Source: Folioceros fuciformis
Taxonomy: Eukaryota
NCBI GenBank assembly: GCA_049999805.1
Contig: JBNGIO010006164.1
Location: 27,769-91,768 of the forward strand
DNA: 64,000 bases
Direction of reading: 5' to 3'
The position numbers and the translations under genes were made by a program. This document shows positions 35,930 to 49,859 of this stretch, in pieces. Within the stretch, counting starts at the first letter, position 1. The number at the start of each line of letters is the position of its first letter. Under the pieces are notes generated by a model that saw only the letters and a program-made list of their open reading frames with translations, ran no database searches and was not told the origin of the DNA.

Positions 35930-38900
35930 GTGATGACACGAGCACTGCCCAGTCGAAATCTAGGGGGGCTGCATCCTCCTCTTAGTCAGAGCCTCTCATC
36001 CTATCTTCCATGGGGTGGGCCCCTGGAGGAAAATATTGTACCCGGGGGTGCTGTGAGGTCCACACAAACCCTCTTTGTTGTTATAGCACTAGGATTCGAT
36101 CCCAAGGGAATGATTTGTGTCAAATAACACAGGTTTCTTCTAAAAGTCAGTTACTACCTAGGTTGGACTTCAACTACGCCAGCTCCGCTACCTACAGGTT
36201 GAACTACCCCTACCTCCGTCCCTGGACTACCTGACAGACCTACTCGGCTACTGGGGTGGGGGTCTCTACAACTACCGACCCTTCAACTACCGAGGTAGGG
36301 GCTCAACTACCGGTAGCCACTTGGGCTACCTTCGTCGTCTTTCAACTACCGGTAGCCGCTTTGGCTACCTCCGTGGTGGGTCCCACTTTCTTTCTCCTTC
36401 TCTTTCTCTCTTTAATTCGCTCCTTCTCTCTCCTCTACTTTGGGGTTACCCTCTAATACTTACTTTACCAGTCCTTGCCTTTCAAACCGCCAGCAGCTTA
36501 CCTCCAGTTGCGCCCACCTACGTACTCACAAACCTCCCCCCTTCCTCGTCAACCCTTCAGCGCCTCGACCGAAACGCACCACCGTCCGTCATACACACAT
36601 CGGCCCTCAGAGAGTCGCGAGGAGCCTTCTGGCAGTACAGTTCCCAACCTATTCACGTAACCCCCAAGCCTGAACTCAAGTCGTTTTGCTCTTGATTGCC
36701 TTTCAGCTACACACGCGCCAGGGTCTTGTTGGTGTTCGATCTTTCCAACTTAGCTACTCCTCTTTCATGGTTCTTCTTTCTCTCACACTTCCGGCACATG
36801 CCCTTGGTTCGCAGCGCCTCTCCGCGACGCCTCCAACATTTCCCTTTTTTTATTATAGTCTCCAGTCTCTTTCACTCTCACAGGGATCTCGGCAACTTTC
36901 ACCATGCAGCCATCTCGTGTTTCTGCCACCACTCTTCACCTCTCACATACACACTCCAGTCGCGTGGTAATGTCCTGACGACCGTTCAACGTCTTGCACT
37001 CACACTCGCTGCCTCTCTTGATCCCGCTGCATCGCTTGTTCACATTTTCTTGACTCCATACTCAGTCCTGCCTCTCCGGGACTTCTCCTATGGAATTAAG
37101 GAATGCTGAAACACCGGGGCTAAGGGAAGGGATACCCACTTCCACTCCGAACTCACGAATTCGGCCTCGGCGTCCTCACCACTCCACGTGATCGCCCCTG
37201 GGATAGATGGGGAGCTCGTCTCCTACTCGACGAGGTTCCACCTCCCGATTCGTCCCTTGGCTCGATCGCGGAGCATCCACCACCTGCACCCACACCCCCA
37301 GGTTGCTACATGTGCGTGCTTGCCTGGACCTCCTGTCCGGCAACGTCCATCGCTAGACTCCTGCAAGGTTGGGTGGTTGGGCTGATTTTTGCTAATTTCC
37401 CAGGCCTCAAGCTGGCCTCTTATACACGGTGGTGGCGGTCTTTCCCCTATAAAGTCTGTCAGGGGTCAGTCGGCGCTCTTAAATCCCAAGCGGCTCCGGT
37501 CCAAGTAAAAGCATTCCAAAAACAAACGCTATCCTAGCCTGCAATTACTATCGCCACTCTCCACACCGCTGGCGCCTTTCCCCCAGTTTGCACGCGTCTC
37601 CTCTCACTGGTCCCCCTCTTGCTCTCCTACCCCTCCGCTAATCGGGCAGATCTTCCCACAGGATGTCTACGTCACTACTACTGTTGGACCTTTCCAACGG
37701 CGGCACAAGTGGCCCCGCCGCTGAGAACCACTGTTCCCCCTTCTCCTCTGGTTATTGAGGATGGCAACATACTCTCGTTCTACCCATCGTTGGGCCTCTT
37801 CTTCCGTCAACTCCTCCGCAATTGCCTCCGCATAGCAATGGGGCAGGCTTGTCATCCACCAGCTGTAGCGATAAAGTCCCTTGTAGGTCCTCAGATGCCG
37901 GCCGTAGCCCCGCGTCCCTCCTTTGCCCATACGTACATACAGAAACAATTTAAGAACTCTGGCCCCTTCCACATAAAGACCTGGCACATAGGAAGCCTCC
38001 TCCTCATACTGCAGCACAACCCGACCTTCTGTCATAAAGGAGGTGCTTACCCCTTTCTCCCTTGGGCTACCGTGGGCTGTCTGTTCCCCATCTTTCTGGG
38101 GTACCTGAAGATCCTTCACTCGTCCAGCTGCTGCTTCCTCCGGCTCTGTCCTTCTGGTGCGGATCAATCTCCTGGAGCGCCTAGGCTCAAGCGCCTTTGC
38201 TATTCCTTCCTTGGTTCCAAGGCTGGTCCCTCGGCTACTCTGCGCTCAACCGGGCTACCGGAAACCATGGCGACTACTCGGCTACCGGTAGTCCGCTCGA
38301 TTACCGGTTCCCCTGCTCAACTACCGGTAGCCTCTTCAGCTACCGGGGTCGCCGTTTGACTTGGGCGCCCAACCTTACCCTTCCCCTTCACTCTCTCTCT
38401 GGCTTCATCTGGCTCCCGCTTGTACCTGTCAGCCAGCTTCCAGGCCTGTTCCACGGCTGCTATCTCTAGCTCTTGCGCCTTGGCCATCTCCTGTTGTATC
38501 TCTAGGTTAGTCTCATGGGCCTCCCTCACCTAAGCTAGTACAATCCCCTGTTGCTCCCTTAGCGCTTGGACCTCGGCCTTCGCATGGCGTACCTCTTCCT
38601 CAACCTGTGCCTTCTCTTTATCCATGACTCGTTGTCTCTCCTCCAGCTGTTGTCGCGCCGCCTCTGATTCTGCCAGTAGCCTCCGGGCTTCAGCCTCCTG
38701 CTGGCATGCCTTTGCTTCCTTCCCTTAGGCCTCGGCTTCTCGTTCCGCCTGCACACTCAGCCAGGTTAGTGCCCTAGCAGCCTGGTCTAAGGGATCTGCT
38801 TGGGCCTGTACCATCGCGGCAGTCAGCCCTGGCAGATCCACCTCCTGCGTTTTTCCAACAGTCATTCCCCTCGCCGTAATCTGCTTGCCTAGAAACTCCC

Positions 38901-40645
38901 TCAGCTTCTCCAGGTCTCCCACCTGCAGCCTATCCTTCTGAGGAATGCTCCTGAAAATTTCCTCCCATCCTGAAAAAGCTCCTTGCGCTGAAACGTGCCC
39001 TAATTCGCTCTCATGCCTGGGAGGAATTAACTCGGCGGCTAACGTCTGCTCCTGAGATCCCTCCAACCTTGCTTCATCCTGCCCCTACTCTTCCACTCCT
39101 TAATCCATAACCCCCTTATTAGCGAGCCCTTGTTCTACCTCCTGTTCTTATACAGCCTGCTCCTTGTGTTTGCCCTTTGGTTCGCTCCAGGGCTGTCTCT
39201 GGTGTCTCCGGCCTACTCCCTCCTCTCGTGCTCTGCCCGCTGACCCATCTCCTCTTGGCAAGGGTCCTCCCCTGAGCTGCTGCCCTCTTCTTAGGCCTGA
39301 CGGGAACCTCCCTCTCCGAGTTGTCCCCACTACCCGACACCCAACTGTTGGAGTCAGCCTTCACTGGTTCAGCAGGCTTCCATTTTACATCCATGATTGG
39401 CCTCCACATGTGCAGTGAAGCCAACACCTCCAATTCCGACACCAAGTTAGCATAACTATAAATATGCACTAGAAACGGGGAAGTCATCGAGGGCTGAGGA
39501 GAGGGCAGGGTCAAATTCTACCTCTCCTCGTCCATCCTAGCATACAGAATTTTTCCCCAATCAATCATGGTCCCCTTCACTACCTCATGCACACACAGGA
39601 GCATCTGGTCAGACAGATAATCCTGTTTGCGAACCTGGAGAAAACTAAGAAACCACCTGGCCAGACCCATCAACTGCGGGCTCGCCATGTTGCGAACCAA
39701 CCATCCATTAGCCTCCTTCTTCGTGCCTGGTTTGAGTAGTCCTTCAGCGTCTCCTGTACCCCCCCGTTTCCTCAGGGACTCCAGCACCAATCCTCCCTCT
39801 TCTCGCTGGTCACGACCATACACCCTCCTCACTAGCTCCAGGTTCCACCCCTGCTGTCTGCCTCTGATCCCCTTCTCACGGACAGGTTCTCTCATCCTCA
39901 GGGTGCACTCCCTGACCAACTGTGGCGCTGCGTGGTTCCACTTCTGGGTCATGAAACCCAGACCCAATTCATCCACCAGCCCTCCTGCTCCGACCTTCCA
40001 GTGTTCCATGTTGGGTCACAAGAGTAGGTCGATCCGGGGATCAGGAGGTTCCCCTTCCTGCTCGGGTACTCCAGGCAGCAGTTCAGGACATGACCTCATC
40101 CTGCCAATCTCCTCCTCGTGTTCCGGCTTCTGCGGTCCCTTCTCTCTCTCGCTGAGCACTCACTGCTTGCCTCGGCCCGTCTTGTTGCCTCAGCGTCTGC
40201 TTCCCCCTTCACGTTTCGAAGACTAACTTAATTCCCCTCCAGACTTCCCTTTAGGGTTTTTAAACTAGCCGTTTTCTTCTCTCACTATTGCCAGTTAGAC
40301 TACCACCAGTCGTCCTTTTCGCGACAGTTGCCCCACTAGCCACCGTCGCCCAGTCACCTCAACCCATCCTTTTTCCTAAATCCACAACTAGCTAGCCCCC
40401 TTCCCTCCTCATTTCTATTCCTTATTTGCAAAAAAGGGGGGGGTATATACAACCTCCTAAATGCCCCCGAACCACCAAGGCCCAAGGACACCCTCACTCA
40501 CTCACTTCCAGATCGTGGTCTTCAATATCCCAAACACCCAAAGACCAAGGCGATTTTTGGGTATGAATACCCCCATCTCATTCACATACTAAGCCGATTC
40601 GCTCGTTCCTTCACACAAAAAATCACAGCCTGCTCATTTTGTCAC
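35930..40645. mobile_element. Degenerate transposon-derived region, probably the 3' part of an LTR retrotransposon with antisense accessory ORFs
   Basis: Broken minus-strand ORFs (39518-40009 IDWGKILYARM then SPFLVHIY; coiled-coil segments 38317-39066); plus-strand purine tract aaaaaagggggggg at ~40430; no RT or integrase seen. Confidence 0.45.
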
Positions 40646-41230
40646 TCAAAATGGGAGTGTCGAAAGTTTTTTTCCTCTACAGCCCCCCACACGTGAATGC
40701 CCACCTGGGCCTGCTGTAATAGCGCCTACTTCACCTCCTCTGCCATCCCTTTCTGTAGCTATGCAACCATTAGTCTCACATGTCGAATTGGAGTCCCAAA
40801 CTCTGCACGAACTTCCTCCGTTGTTTTCCATCCTTTGTTTACACGGTTCCATAGGTGCTCGAGCTGCACAATGCCTCTTCTACCAAAGGAACCAAAAATA
40901 TGGGAACAGTACACTCTCGAAAGGAAGTCCTGTGACCAGAGCCCCTTGAACCCTTGGAGAGGGAGACCCAGCGTGTCGTCTCTATTCCTGGGTATGGCGG
41001 GTTGAAGGAGAGTCTTAACTTCCAAGAAGTTGCGCCATATTGAAGGAAAAAGTGGAGAACACTCTCTGGTGTCAAGTAAGGGTCTATCCGCCAATAAGTT
41101 GTCCATAGACCTCCACCCCCGGGCAACCGCTTGAGTTTGCTGCAAGTGTTGGGTTAACCAACTTTTCCAAGGGTAGCCAATTGGACCTTTTTTTGCGAAG
41201 AAAATAATTCCGATTAATATTGTCATCCTC
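40646..41230 (-). mobile_element. LINE ORF2 post-RT fragment
   Basis: YPWKSWL...SPLFPSIWRNF, Trp-rich segment typical of L1-type ORF2 C-terminal regions; frameshifted. Confidence 0.55.
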
Positions 41231-41430
41231 TTACAATACTAAGGGGACCCTACTCACGTATTTACAAAGCATGAGTACCATGGTCAGGAGGAAAAACCGA
41301 CCTCATGTCCAGACCTCAGGACATGACGTAGAAAATGCTCATCACCCTGACACTATCAGCCTGCTCAAACCATTCACCTACTAGGTCCATTTAGATTTAA
41401 ACCTCACATTCACCCGAAGACCATGGGAGC

Positions 41431-44400
41431 TCACCTTCCCCAAGGGCAGGCGTGATTCTTGTGTTCTTCATTCCCAGGAAATAGGAAGCTCGCCGACTTC
41501 CACTCTCTCCGCTTGAATCGTTTTTGATGGGACTGCCTCAGACTTTTTGCTGCAATCAATAAGTGCTCCCAAATGCGCCAGAGAAGAGCCTTAGATGAGG
41601 CCGGCACCGTTCCTCCATAGACCACGGAGGACTAGTTGACCCAAAGATGGAAAAGACAAGACCACAGTAACCCCCACCATTGCGAGTGAAGTAGAGCTTT
41701 GCCAAAGGTTGCATCCAACCCAAATAGGGCAATTTGTTCAGTGATCCTGAGGTTGGTGCCGGGAAGAATTCTTTGCAACCACCTGCCCACCTCACTTTAT
41801 ATCTCTTGGGCAAAGCTGCAGTGGAAGAACAAGTGCTTACTTTTGTTTGGGGCACCATAGGTACACAGTCGACACTAGTCTTCTCCCGTTGCAACCAGCA
41901 ACCTATCCCATCTATCCCTAAACCCACTCGTCCATGAAAGGCTTGATGCGGTTGGCCAGTACCTTGGCTATCACCTTGTACGTAGTTGTAAGCAATGTGA
42001 TTGGGCACCAATTGGAGATTGAAAGACTGGTGTCCTGCTTAGGCAGCAAGGTGATGACCCCCATGTTAAACCAACTCCCCACGCTACCCTCTTCCGAGAT
42101 CATGGCCACCGCCTTCATGAATAAAGGCTCCATAAACTCCCAGCCCCACAGCAAAAACTCTGGCGGGATACCATCATGCCCAAGGGATTTATTCCTCGGC
42201 ATCCCCTTCAACGCCTGAAGTACTTCATCCACAGTAATCAGCATATCCAACGCCCTGCGTTGAGCCTCAGACACCTTAGCCGAAAGTGATTCGTAGGAAG
42301 AAGACCACAGATGTTCCCACCCTGCCACCTTTCCCACACTCGAGAAAATTCCCACAAAGAAGAGGGCAATGAGCTTTTTTAAACCTTCCAATGACTCTTA
42401 CATCACTCCTTAGGCGTCTGGGAGAGCAGGAAGTCTCGCCCTGGGTCGATTAGCAGCCACCTTATCAAAGAAGAACTTGGATGGGCCGGGCCGTCCCCTT
42501 CCCTCACCCACTTGACCTTAGCCCATTTAAACCAGCCTCTGGCTCTGTCTTCTTCCAAATTGGCTAGAGCGCATTGCACCTTCGTTTGCCGGGCTTCTTC
42601 TTCCATTGTGAAGTCGCGCTCCTCCCCTGTCCTTTGCAACCAGCTTAGTTCCTCTCTCCAAAAGCACTCTTGTTGGCGCAATTCCTTCATTCCTTGGACC
42701 CCTCGCCTCCTCAAGTACCTGGTTGCTTCACTGTTAGCGCATATCAATTTGGAAACAACAGGTTCTGCCCCTTGCTCTATTCCTTGCCATATGTTTTTAA
42801 CCTCCTCGAACACTCCCTTTTCCTTGAGCAAGGACGTATTCATCCGAAAGTTTTGCGTATGGTTCCTTTGCCGCCCCAAGTCCGGCGCAAGCCTCAGGTG
42901 CAAGCTAATTGGGTGATGGTCAGAAAGGATCGTACCAGCGAGAATACTGTACTCCTGCACACAGGCCAACCACCCAGAGGGAATATAAAACCTGTCCAAC
43001 CTGCGCGCTCCCAAATCACGTTGTTGTTGGTTAGTCCAGCTGAACTTCAACGATTGCGGTTGACGATGCGCTGGGAGGGCCAGCCAAGGGTCCTGGATAG
43101 CCAAAACGGTATCTCTTAGTTCTTGCCAAGACATAAGCACCGACCGAATATCTACAGGCCTCTCCCCTCGGATATCTTCCCGTCTTTCAACAAAGTTGAA
43201 ATCCCCCGCTAGCATCCACGGGATCTGTTCATCCAGATGTGCCCCCAGTCTGCACCAGAGGTTGCTCCTATCAGAGCGAGCATTGGGGGCATAGATATTA
43301 CATATGCCGAGTGGGCCTTGAGGTGTTTGCAACACTAGCCACACAAACCTTCCCCCTTCATCTTGACCCGTTTCCAAGCTATTGTGGGTGTGTTCTGGAT
43401 GAACAATTATAGACACGCCCCCCCGGGTTGCTGATACTCGCTAAGTTGAGCGCTCCCTATTGTTTACATCTTTTGCTCTGGCTGCCACCCATTCTGTTCT
43501 ACCTGGAAGGAATAGCTTCTTCACTCTTTGGATATTGTTTGTAGAAAGTTTATGCTCCTGTAGGCAAACAAAATCCCAAGTAACCTCCTCTTCTAACAAG
43601 TGCTTCAGTCTCCTGCACTTCGAGGCCGTCTTTGACCAAGCCCCCAAGCCTCTCACATTCCATGAAATGATTCGTAGGTAAGGCCCCCTTTCATAGTTTT
43701 TTAGGGTGTCGATACCCATTTAACATGTCTTACTTGAGAATTTTCGAACCGCAGCAGGTTTGGGCACCCTAACCCCAGAGATGAGCCTAGATCGAGGCAG
43801 TTGATTGTTAGCTTTAAGGTCGAGGGACATTCTTTGAAGTCTTTTAGATTTTCGTATGGCAGGTGCACTCCTTCTACCCCCATCTCTTGTAAGCCTATCA
43901 GGATCTCCAACTGCCATATTCGGGGTCGAAATCCTATTTTTCTCCCATGGCACGTCTAGGGTCCACCTCCAGTTGGGAGAAAGCGGCATAGCTGGACCAC
44001 ATGCCTGTTTGAGGTGGATATCAGCACAATGTCGCTCACCCGTCTGATAAACCCCACTGAAGAACTCCACCTCCTTGCCTTCCTTACTGGCAAGCACCCC
44101 TCCGGAAGACAATGCTTCACTCGGGGCTTTTCCTTCCCCGAGTGAAGTTGCAGTACTAGAATAAGGATAGGAAGCAGCTCCCCCTCGTCTCTTAACTTAA
44201 CCAAGTACGAGTAAGTGTCCTGCATCTTCCTCGTAACCGTAAAGTGCACTGAGAAGTGTTGACCTTTCCGCTTGGCTGTTTTTTCTGACATCCGACTTCC
44301 CTGTCCCCGAATTGTTCTAGGATTCTCCTGCCCAGATGCGTAAACCCCTTGTTTTGCCATCTTACCCTGATCCCGACTCTTCTCCCAGGAACGTAATGGA

Positions 44401-47400
44401 GAGAGGCATCCTTCATCTCCAGAAAAAACCACTTTAACCTCATGCCAGACAGGCTCCCCCTCCTCCTCCTCGTCTGTACATGGGGTTGAGGTTGAGAACA
44501 AGTCGTCCTCAAAAATATAGACTGCGTTCTCACGCATGATAGGGCTTCCGCCCTTAGACAACGTCTTTGTCAAACCGATTGAGCCATTTTCTTCCTCCCT
44601 GGCACTCAATCGCTCTTCAGTGCTATAATTCCCTCCCCCTATCAAGGGATCCAACTTCTCATTATTTGAGCCCTTTCCTTGCATCCGGTATCCACCCCTC
44701 ATCCCTTCCACTACTTTGACCTTTTTTCCTTTCCGGGGAAGTTATGTCCATGGCCATCCGCTAAACCACCCTGTTCAGCGCTTTCCTTGCTTTGGCCACG
44801 GAAATCTGGTCCTGCCTCTTACACCTTGATATCGAATCATCCGAGATCCTGGTCCTCTTCCCTAGAGATGCCTTCGCATTTTTCTGTTTGGCTGGTATCC
44901 ACCCAGACATTGGCGCATTTAGCTCAGTTGGGGAAGCTGGAGGCGATTGTCCGACCGAATCCAGATCCCTAGCGGAACCAGGGTCCCACCTTTGCTCCAG
45001 TGTTTGGGCGGGGCGCCCCAACCCGTTGCCTAGTTGTTAAGATAACAAGCCCTGTCACACTTAGGGTTGTATGTATTTAATTTAGATTAAATATATTTAC
45101 TTAAAGTGAAACAACATGACTCCAGGTCATGAATATTTAAACATATTTCGTAATTGATATTTTATTCATCCAATTTTGGCAACAATCGTTTTTGCACAAT
45201 CACTAGCTATCCCTAGCTATCGGCTGATCTCCCGTCTCAGAGTTCTTCCCCAACACGTCGCCCACCATCGTATGCGAATTGCCGTGCTCTGAGCCCCAGC
45301 GCAGGTTCGAATGAGACAAAGTCTCCAAACCCTGTAAGGGAGAAGCCTGAGATAGTATTCCCGACGGGGCTCCACAGTTGGCTACAACTTCAGGATCGCC
45401 ACCCGTGAAAAAACCTTCCTCCTTCTCGACTCTGAGTGCCAGGGGCCTTTTTGCCTTGTTGCCTCCCGTTCGCCTCTTGTCAAAACGTCCGTCTCCTCAA
45501 AGCTTAGCCGTTACTCACAGGCTGAGTCCTCCCCCTGTCTTCCCACCGTATAGTCCCCACGAGTTGTATCAGCAGCTACCGCCTGGAGCAAGCCGTTGAG
45601 ACTGCCAGCCAGCACCTCCACCTCCCCCTGTAAAAACCCAGCTTGATCAACTTTGGCGCTGGAGATTAGCAAGTCTCCCGTTTTCCCCCGGCCTAACTGA
45701 TCGCACCCTGCAGCGCTTCCCACGACTGTATGTGCTCTAGATCTGGCTTGAGAGCAAAGTCCATAAGCCCCATGATCTTTTCCATTGTGTTGTCCACAGT
45801 CCCTCCTACTAACACCACCTTGTTCCTGCCCCGCCTCCAGAGCCAGGACTGATTCCACCCTCCAGCTCTCCCAAGAAAGATCCGCCCCTGCTTCATGACC
45901 TTGTTGGGAGGCAACGCCCGTACCCGCACCGGCGCTGTTAAGAACCAAAGGAAAGTGTTCACCCTCTGCCCACTACCTCATGAGCATTTGTAGAAGCTGC
46001 CTAGGATGTTCAACAGCACTGGCTCCCCCATCTGGTCGACTCGCCGCCATGCCCCCACCGCTCTCCTTCGTTTCATTAGCACCCACCGGATAGCCCCGCT
46101 GTATGTTCGTAACATGGGAATCCTCTTGCCTAGCCACACCCTCCCAACAGTTGGAGTCCAACTCCTGCTTCTCTCGAGGAACGGTTCCAGCCTTCTCCAT
46201 AGCTGAAGCAGCAGAGAGACTTTCCGGCCCCGACCCCCGGGAGCCAAACTACCTAGCTCCCAAGGACTGGGCGGTGGAACACCCCTGAGCCGAATTCTTT
46301 ACGCAACCTCCCCCCTCCGGTAACGCCTCAGCATCACCTTCATGAGTCACCTCTCCTCTGGCCGGCACTTCACCTAGAGAAAAAACCACCCCTCCTTGCT
46401 GGGCCAGCGGAACCACGTTACCCCCTGGACCCTCCTGAGAGGCCTGCTGTTGCTGCCAGAGTTGAAAGATCTCCCGCCTGCCCATCCTTTCCCCACCGAC
46501 AGGGCACTCATCCAGTGGCTTCCGAGGCCCTGCTCCAACCTGATTGGACTCCACTGCGTTACGCCACGCCTCCTGTGATACCCTGGTGTCGCCTTCCTGA
46601 GCCACCCTACCCCTTTCATGTAGCTCGTCCCCTGAGCGAATCTCTTCACCTTGCTGAGCCACATGAGCAACTTTTGCCTCTGGTCTTTCAAAACATTCGA
46701 GACTAATCTCTGCTCCAAGCACCTGCATGCACTCTGGGACGCTCACGCCGTCTTCAACACCCTCTTGGCGTGTCACCACCTCATCAAACTCCAGCCTAGC
46801 TCTACGCCTTGGGTGTTCCCCAGTCTTGGGATTCTGATACTCCCTCAGCGCTCCCCTGTGTGTGTCCAGCCTTGAGTGCCGCTCCGGTCTCTGCTTCTCA
46901 GGTATGCGAGACTGGCTCAACATTTGCTAGGTTGCCACCTTATCGTCCCTCCTTCCGTTAGGCTCACCACTTGTACCCCTGATCTTCTTAAACGGAACAC
47001 TGAGTCCTCTTGTTGGGGAGAGACTTACCCTCTGATTGGGCTCCACGTTACCAGGGTCCTCCTCCATAGGAATAGCACCTTCCACCACCAAATCTTCTTC
47101 CCATCTGAGTTCCCAGGTGCCTGGGAGTTTGATCGAGATTGGAGCCTTGAGAAGACCCAAAAAGCCAAGATGAGCCTTGAATACCACCCTGGATGCTAGT
47201 GTAACTCTACCTTTGCCAAACTTTTCATCCTTAATACAAGTCAGAACTTGAGCCTCCCCCAACCATTGCGACACGTTAACGTCTCAGTGTGTTGACATAT
47301 AAGATCGAGGAGCTATCCTCCAGCTTGTGACACACCATACTGTGCCTTGCTTCTGTAAGAGACCTTCTCACAACTTGTTCCTCAAACCCCAGGCCCGCCT

Positions 47401-48660
47401 GAAGCATGTCCTGTACCTTAAGCTTAACTGAATTCCAAAGCGCAGAAAACTGCTCTCCAGCCACTGACCCTATGTGGAAAGAGCGTGTGGGCACAGCCTT
47501 GAGCTCGCCCACCTTCGGCATCCAGTAGAAGTAAGTTTTCTCCACCTTCTTCCTCAAGAGCACGCACAATTTAATCTACGTGCTGCCAGCACCATCGCTC
47601 CCCGAGAAGAAATCTTGTTGCACTTTGCTTACCCATTTTTGCGCTCCAGGGTTAGTCCTCCAAAACTTCTTAGGAACACCTTTAAAACCCGGTAGTGGGC
47701 CTAAGGGCACTGTCTCAGCTTTGTCACTCCCACCTCCCTTTCCAGCCCGAATCGGACAATTCTGCTTCAGATAGTTATGCACACCACACACTCTGCACCT
47801 GATAGGCAAATCAGGATAATCGAAAAGCTGCGTGAAGCATTTGGTAGGTTCCTCCGCATCCCATACGACAACACCTTCCGGCAAAGCGAGAAGGCTATCT
47901 ACTCTTACCCTAAAGCGTGGCGGCTTACTGCTATTGAAGAAGTGAGAGTCCACCTTAGGCACTTCCACCACCCTGCCGATAAGCCCCAACATCTGGTGGA
48001 TCATTGGGACGAGTTGAACAGGCAAGGCCGGGAGACGCACCCATAAGAAATGTCGCTTGATTGTAGATCACATGATCGTATTCCCTGGAGACCAAGCTTC
48101 CACCAGCATCGGGATAGATCCTCGAAATGCCTCCGTTGTTTGCAGAGGGACTAGGCTCCATCTGCCTCGTCGCACTTAATCTGAAAAGAACCATCTGCCC
48201 TCAGGAAGACATACGTTGGTGGACAGCCCGTTACCTGTACCACCCAGTCTTCCAATTCCCCCACTGTAAGAGGACCTCCAGATAGCAGCCTTCCCACGAC
48301 CGAACTGGCAGCAAGATTGTCCTCCTCTTTTTGGAAAAATCTCGCTTCTGGGAGAACGTCCGCCAGGGGCCAAGCTGCAAACCTGAGCCTTCTTTTGCTG
48401 TTCCCGAGGCATACCTTGAGTGGTGCCCGCCCGAACTTGTCTCTGGGCAAAGTCCACCTCAGTTGTCCGTACCTCAGGTGTCCGTCCCTGCGAGTCTTCC
48501 TATCAACACCGCATTTTTCCCCCGCACCTGCTGTTTATTAGCACACAAACCGACCACTGCCGCCCATGTGCCACCTGCCGATCCCCCCATGGGGGGCTCA
48601 TCGCCTCCATTGGGCCACCGAACTAGCCCCTTCCGGGAGCCCCTCCATTTGTGCGTTGTC
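41431..48660 (-). mobile_element. L1/Tx1-type LINE, near full length but degenerate (ORF1 plus APE endonuclease, RT mostly deleted)
   Basis: ORF1 DUF4283-like region and knuckle DYPDLPIRCRVCGVHNYLKQNCP (47576-48040); ORF2 IISWNVRGL, LQEHK, NIYAPN, GDFNFV, RLDRFY, SDHHPI; RT start PGxDG-like and ITLLTTTYKVIAKVLANRIKP joined directly to the 3' end. Confidence 0.9.
45053..45519. mobile_element. Possible solo-LTR-like insertion in LINE ORF1
   Basis: 467-bp segment starting TGTCACAC and ending GTTACTCACA, with an AT-rich interior interrupting GC-richer LINE sequence; no target-site duplication found. Confidence 0.35.
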
Positions 48661-48764
48661 AAGATAGCACATTCCCCTCCATTTGTGCGTTGTCAAGATA
48701 GCACATTCNNNNNNNNNNAGATAGCACATTCCCCTCCATTTGTGCGTTGTCAAGATAGCACATT

Positions 48765-49850
48765 CAACCTGCAGCTTTCAGAACCCATTGCGCATGCAGA
48801 TCTTCATCTTCACGCGGGATCCTCATATGTCGCCACGCCACCTTATGGGAGGGGGAGCTCCTTAGACTTACTCCATAAGAAGTTGGAAATAATATGCTGC
48901 AACCTCGGCCGAGATGAACAAATAGTATCACATGGAAGCGGTCAAAAGGCGCAAACTAATTGCTTTCCTTATGAACCTGAGGCACGACGTAGTTATCAAT
49001 CTCCGCGTTCTCATCCTCTTCTTGGAATGGTAGGCCCAGGTACTTGTGTGACGATCCGGGTTGGACCCGCATAATGTGTTTGATACACTCGGGTGGCTCC
49101 CCCTGCATGTTAACGCACATCATCCTGGTCTTGCTCCAGTTCACGTTGCACCCTGATAGCTGACCAAATACCTGTACCTGGGAGAGTAAGGCTGTTAAGG
49201 ACGTCGTATCGGCAAATGAAAATAACAAGGTATAATCACCGAAGGCCGAGATACGCAGCTGCGAGCCATCCGGATTCTGAATGCCTTCAATCCTTGAGTC
49301 TTGCTTGACTACTCGCAAAAGAAAATCAGTGACAATTATGAATAGGAACGGGGCCAGAGGGCATCCTTGACGTACTGACCTCTTGATATCAAACCTGTTG
49401 GTAAAGGAGCCGTTCACAGAGACCATTGTTGCACCTATATCCTCGTAGAGAATTGCAATCCATCTGCAAAAGTTGTTACCTAGCCCAAAACTTCTCACAC
49501 ATCTCCAAAGGAAGTACCATTCAAATGAATCGTAAGCCTTATAGAAATCTAAGGAGATAAATACTGCCGGCTTGTGTTGAGATAGGGCATTAAACTTAGC
49601 CTCACGCAAAAGCAGCAAGTTATTTAGAATACACCTGTTTTGGATGAACCCCCGATGCTCCACCTCCAGCCAATCGTTCAAGAAGGGTTTGAGCCTGTTC
49701 GCTAAGACTTTGGCAATCACTTTGTAGGTGGTCGTAAGGAGGGTGATAGGTCGCCAATTAGTAATGGAAAGACTAGCATCTTGTTTGGGTAAAAGGGAAT
49801 GAGGCCTAGGTTAAACCATGGGCCCATACTACCTTCCTCAAAATCTCATC
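48765..49850 (-). mobile_element. 5'-truncated LINE RT fragment (second family member)
   Basis: NWRPITLLTTTYKVIAKVLANRLKP, LDFYKAYD, VRQGCPLAPFLF, SAFGDY (decayed FADD), KYLGLP, then FLW...KVAW. Confidence 0.9.
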
Positions 49851-49859
49851 ACAATACCA

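Noticed and set aside
48640-48770. Repeated cccctccatttgtgcgttgtcaagatagcacatt flanking Ns, and the 247 aa ORF 48331-49074 crossing it
   Set aside because: Assembly gap artefact; the ORF is antisense to LINE sequence.
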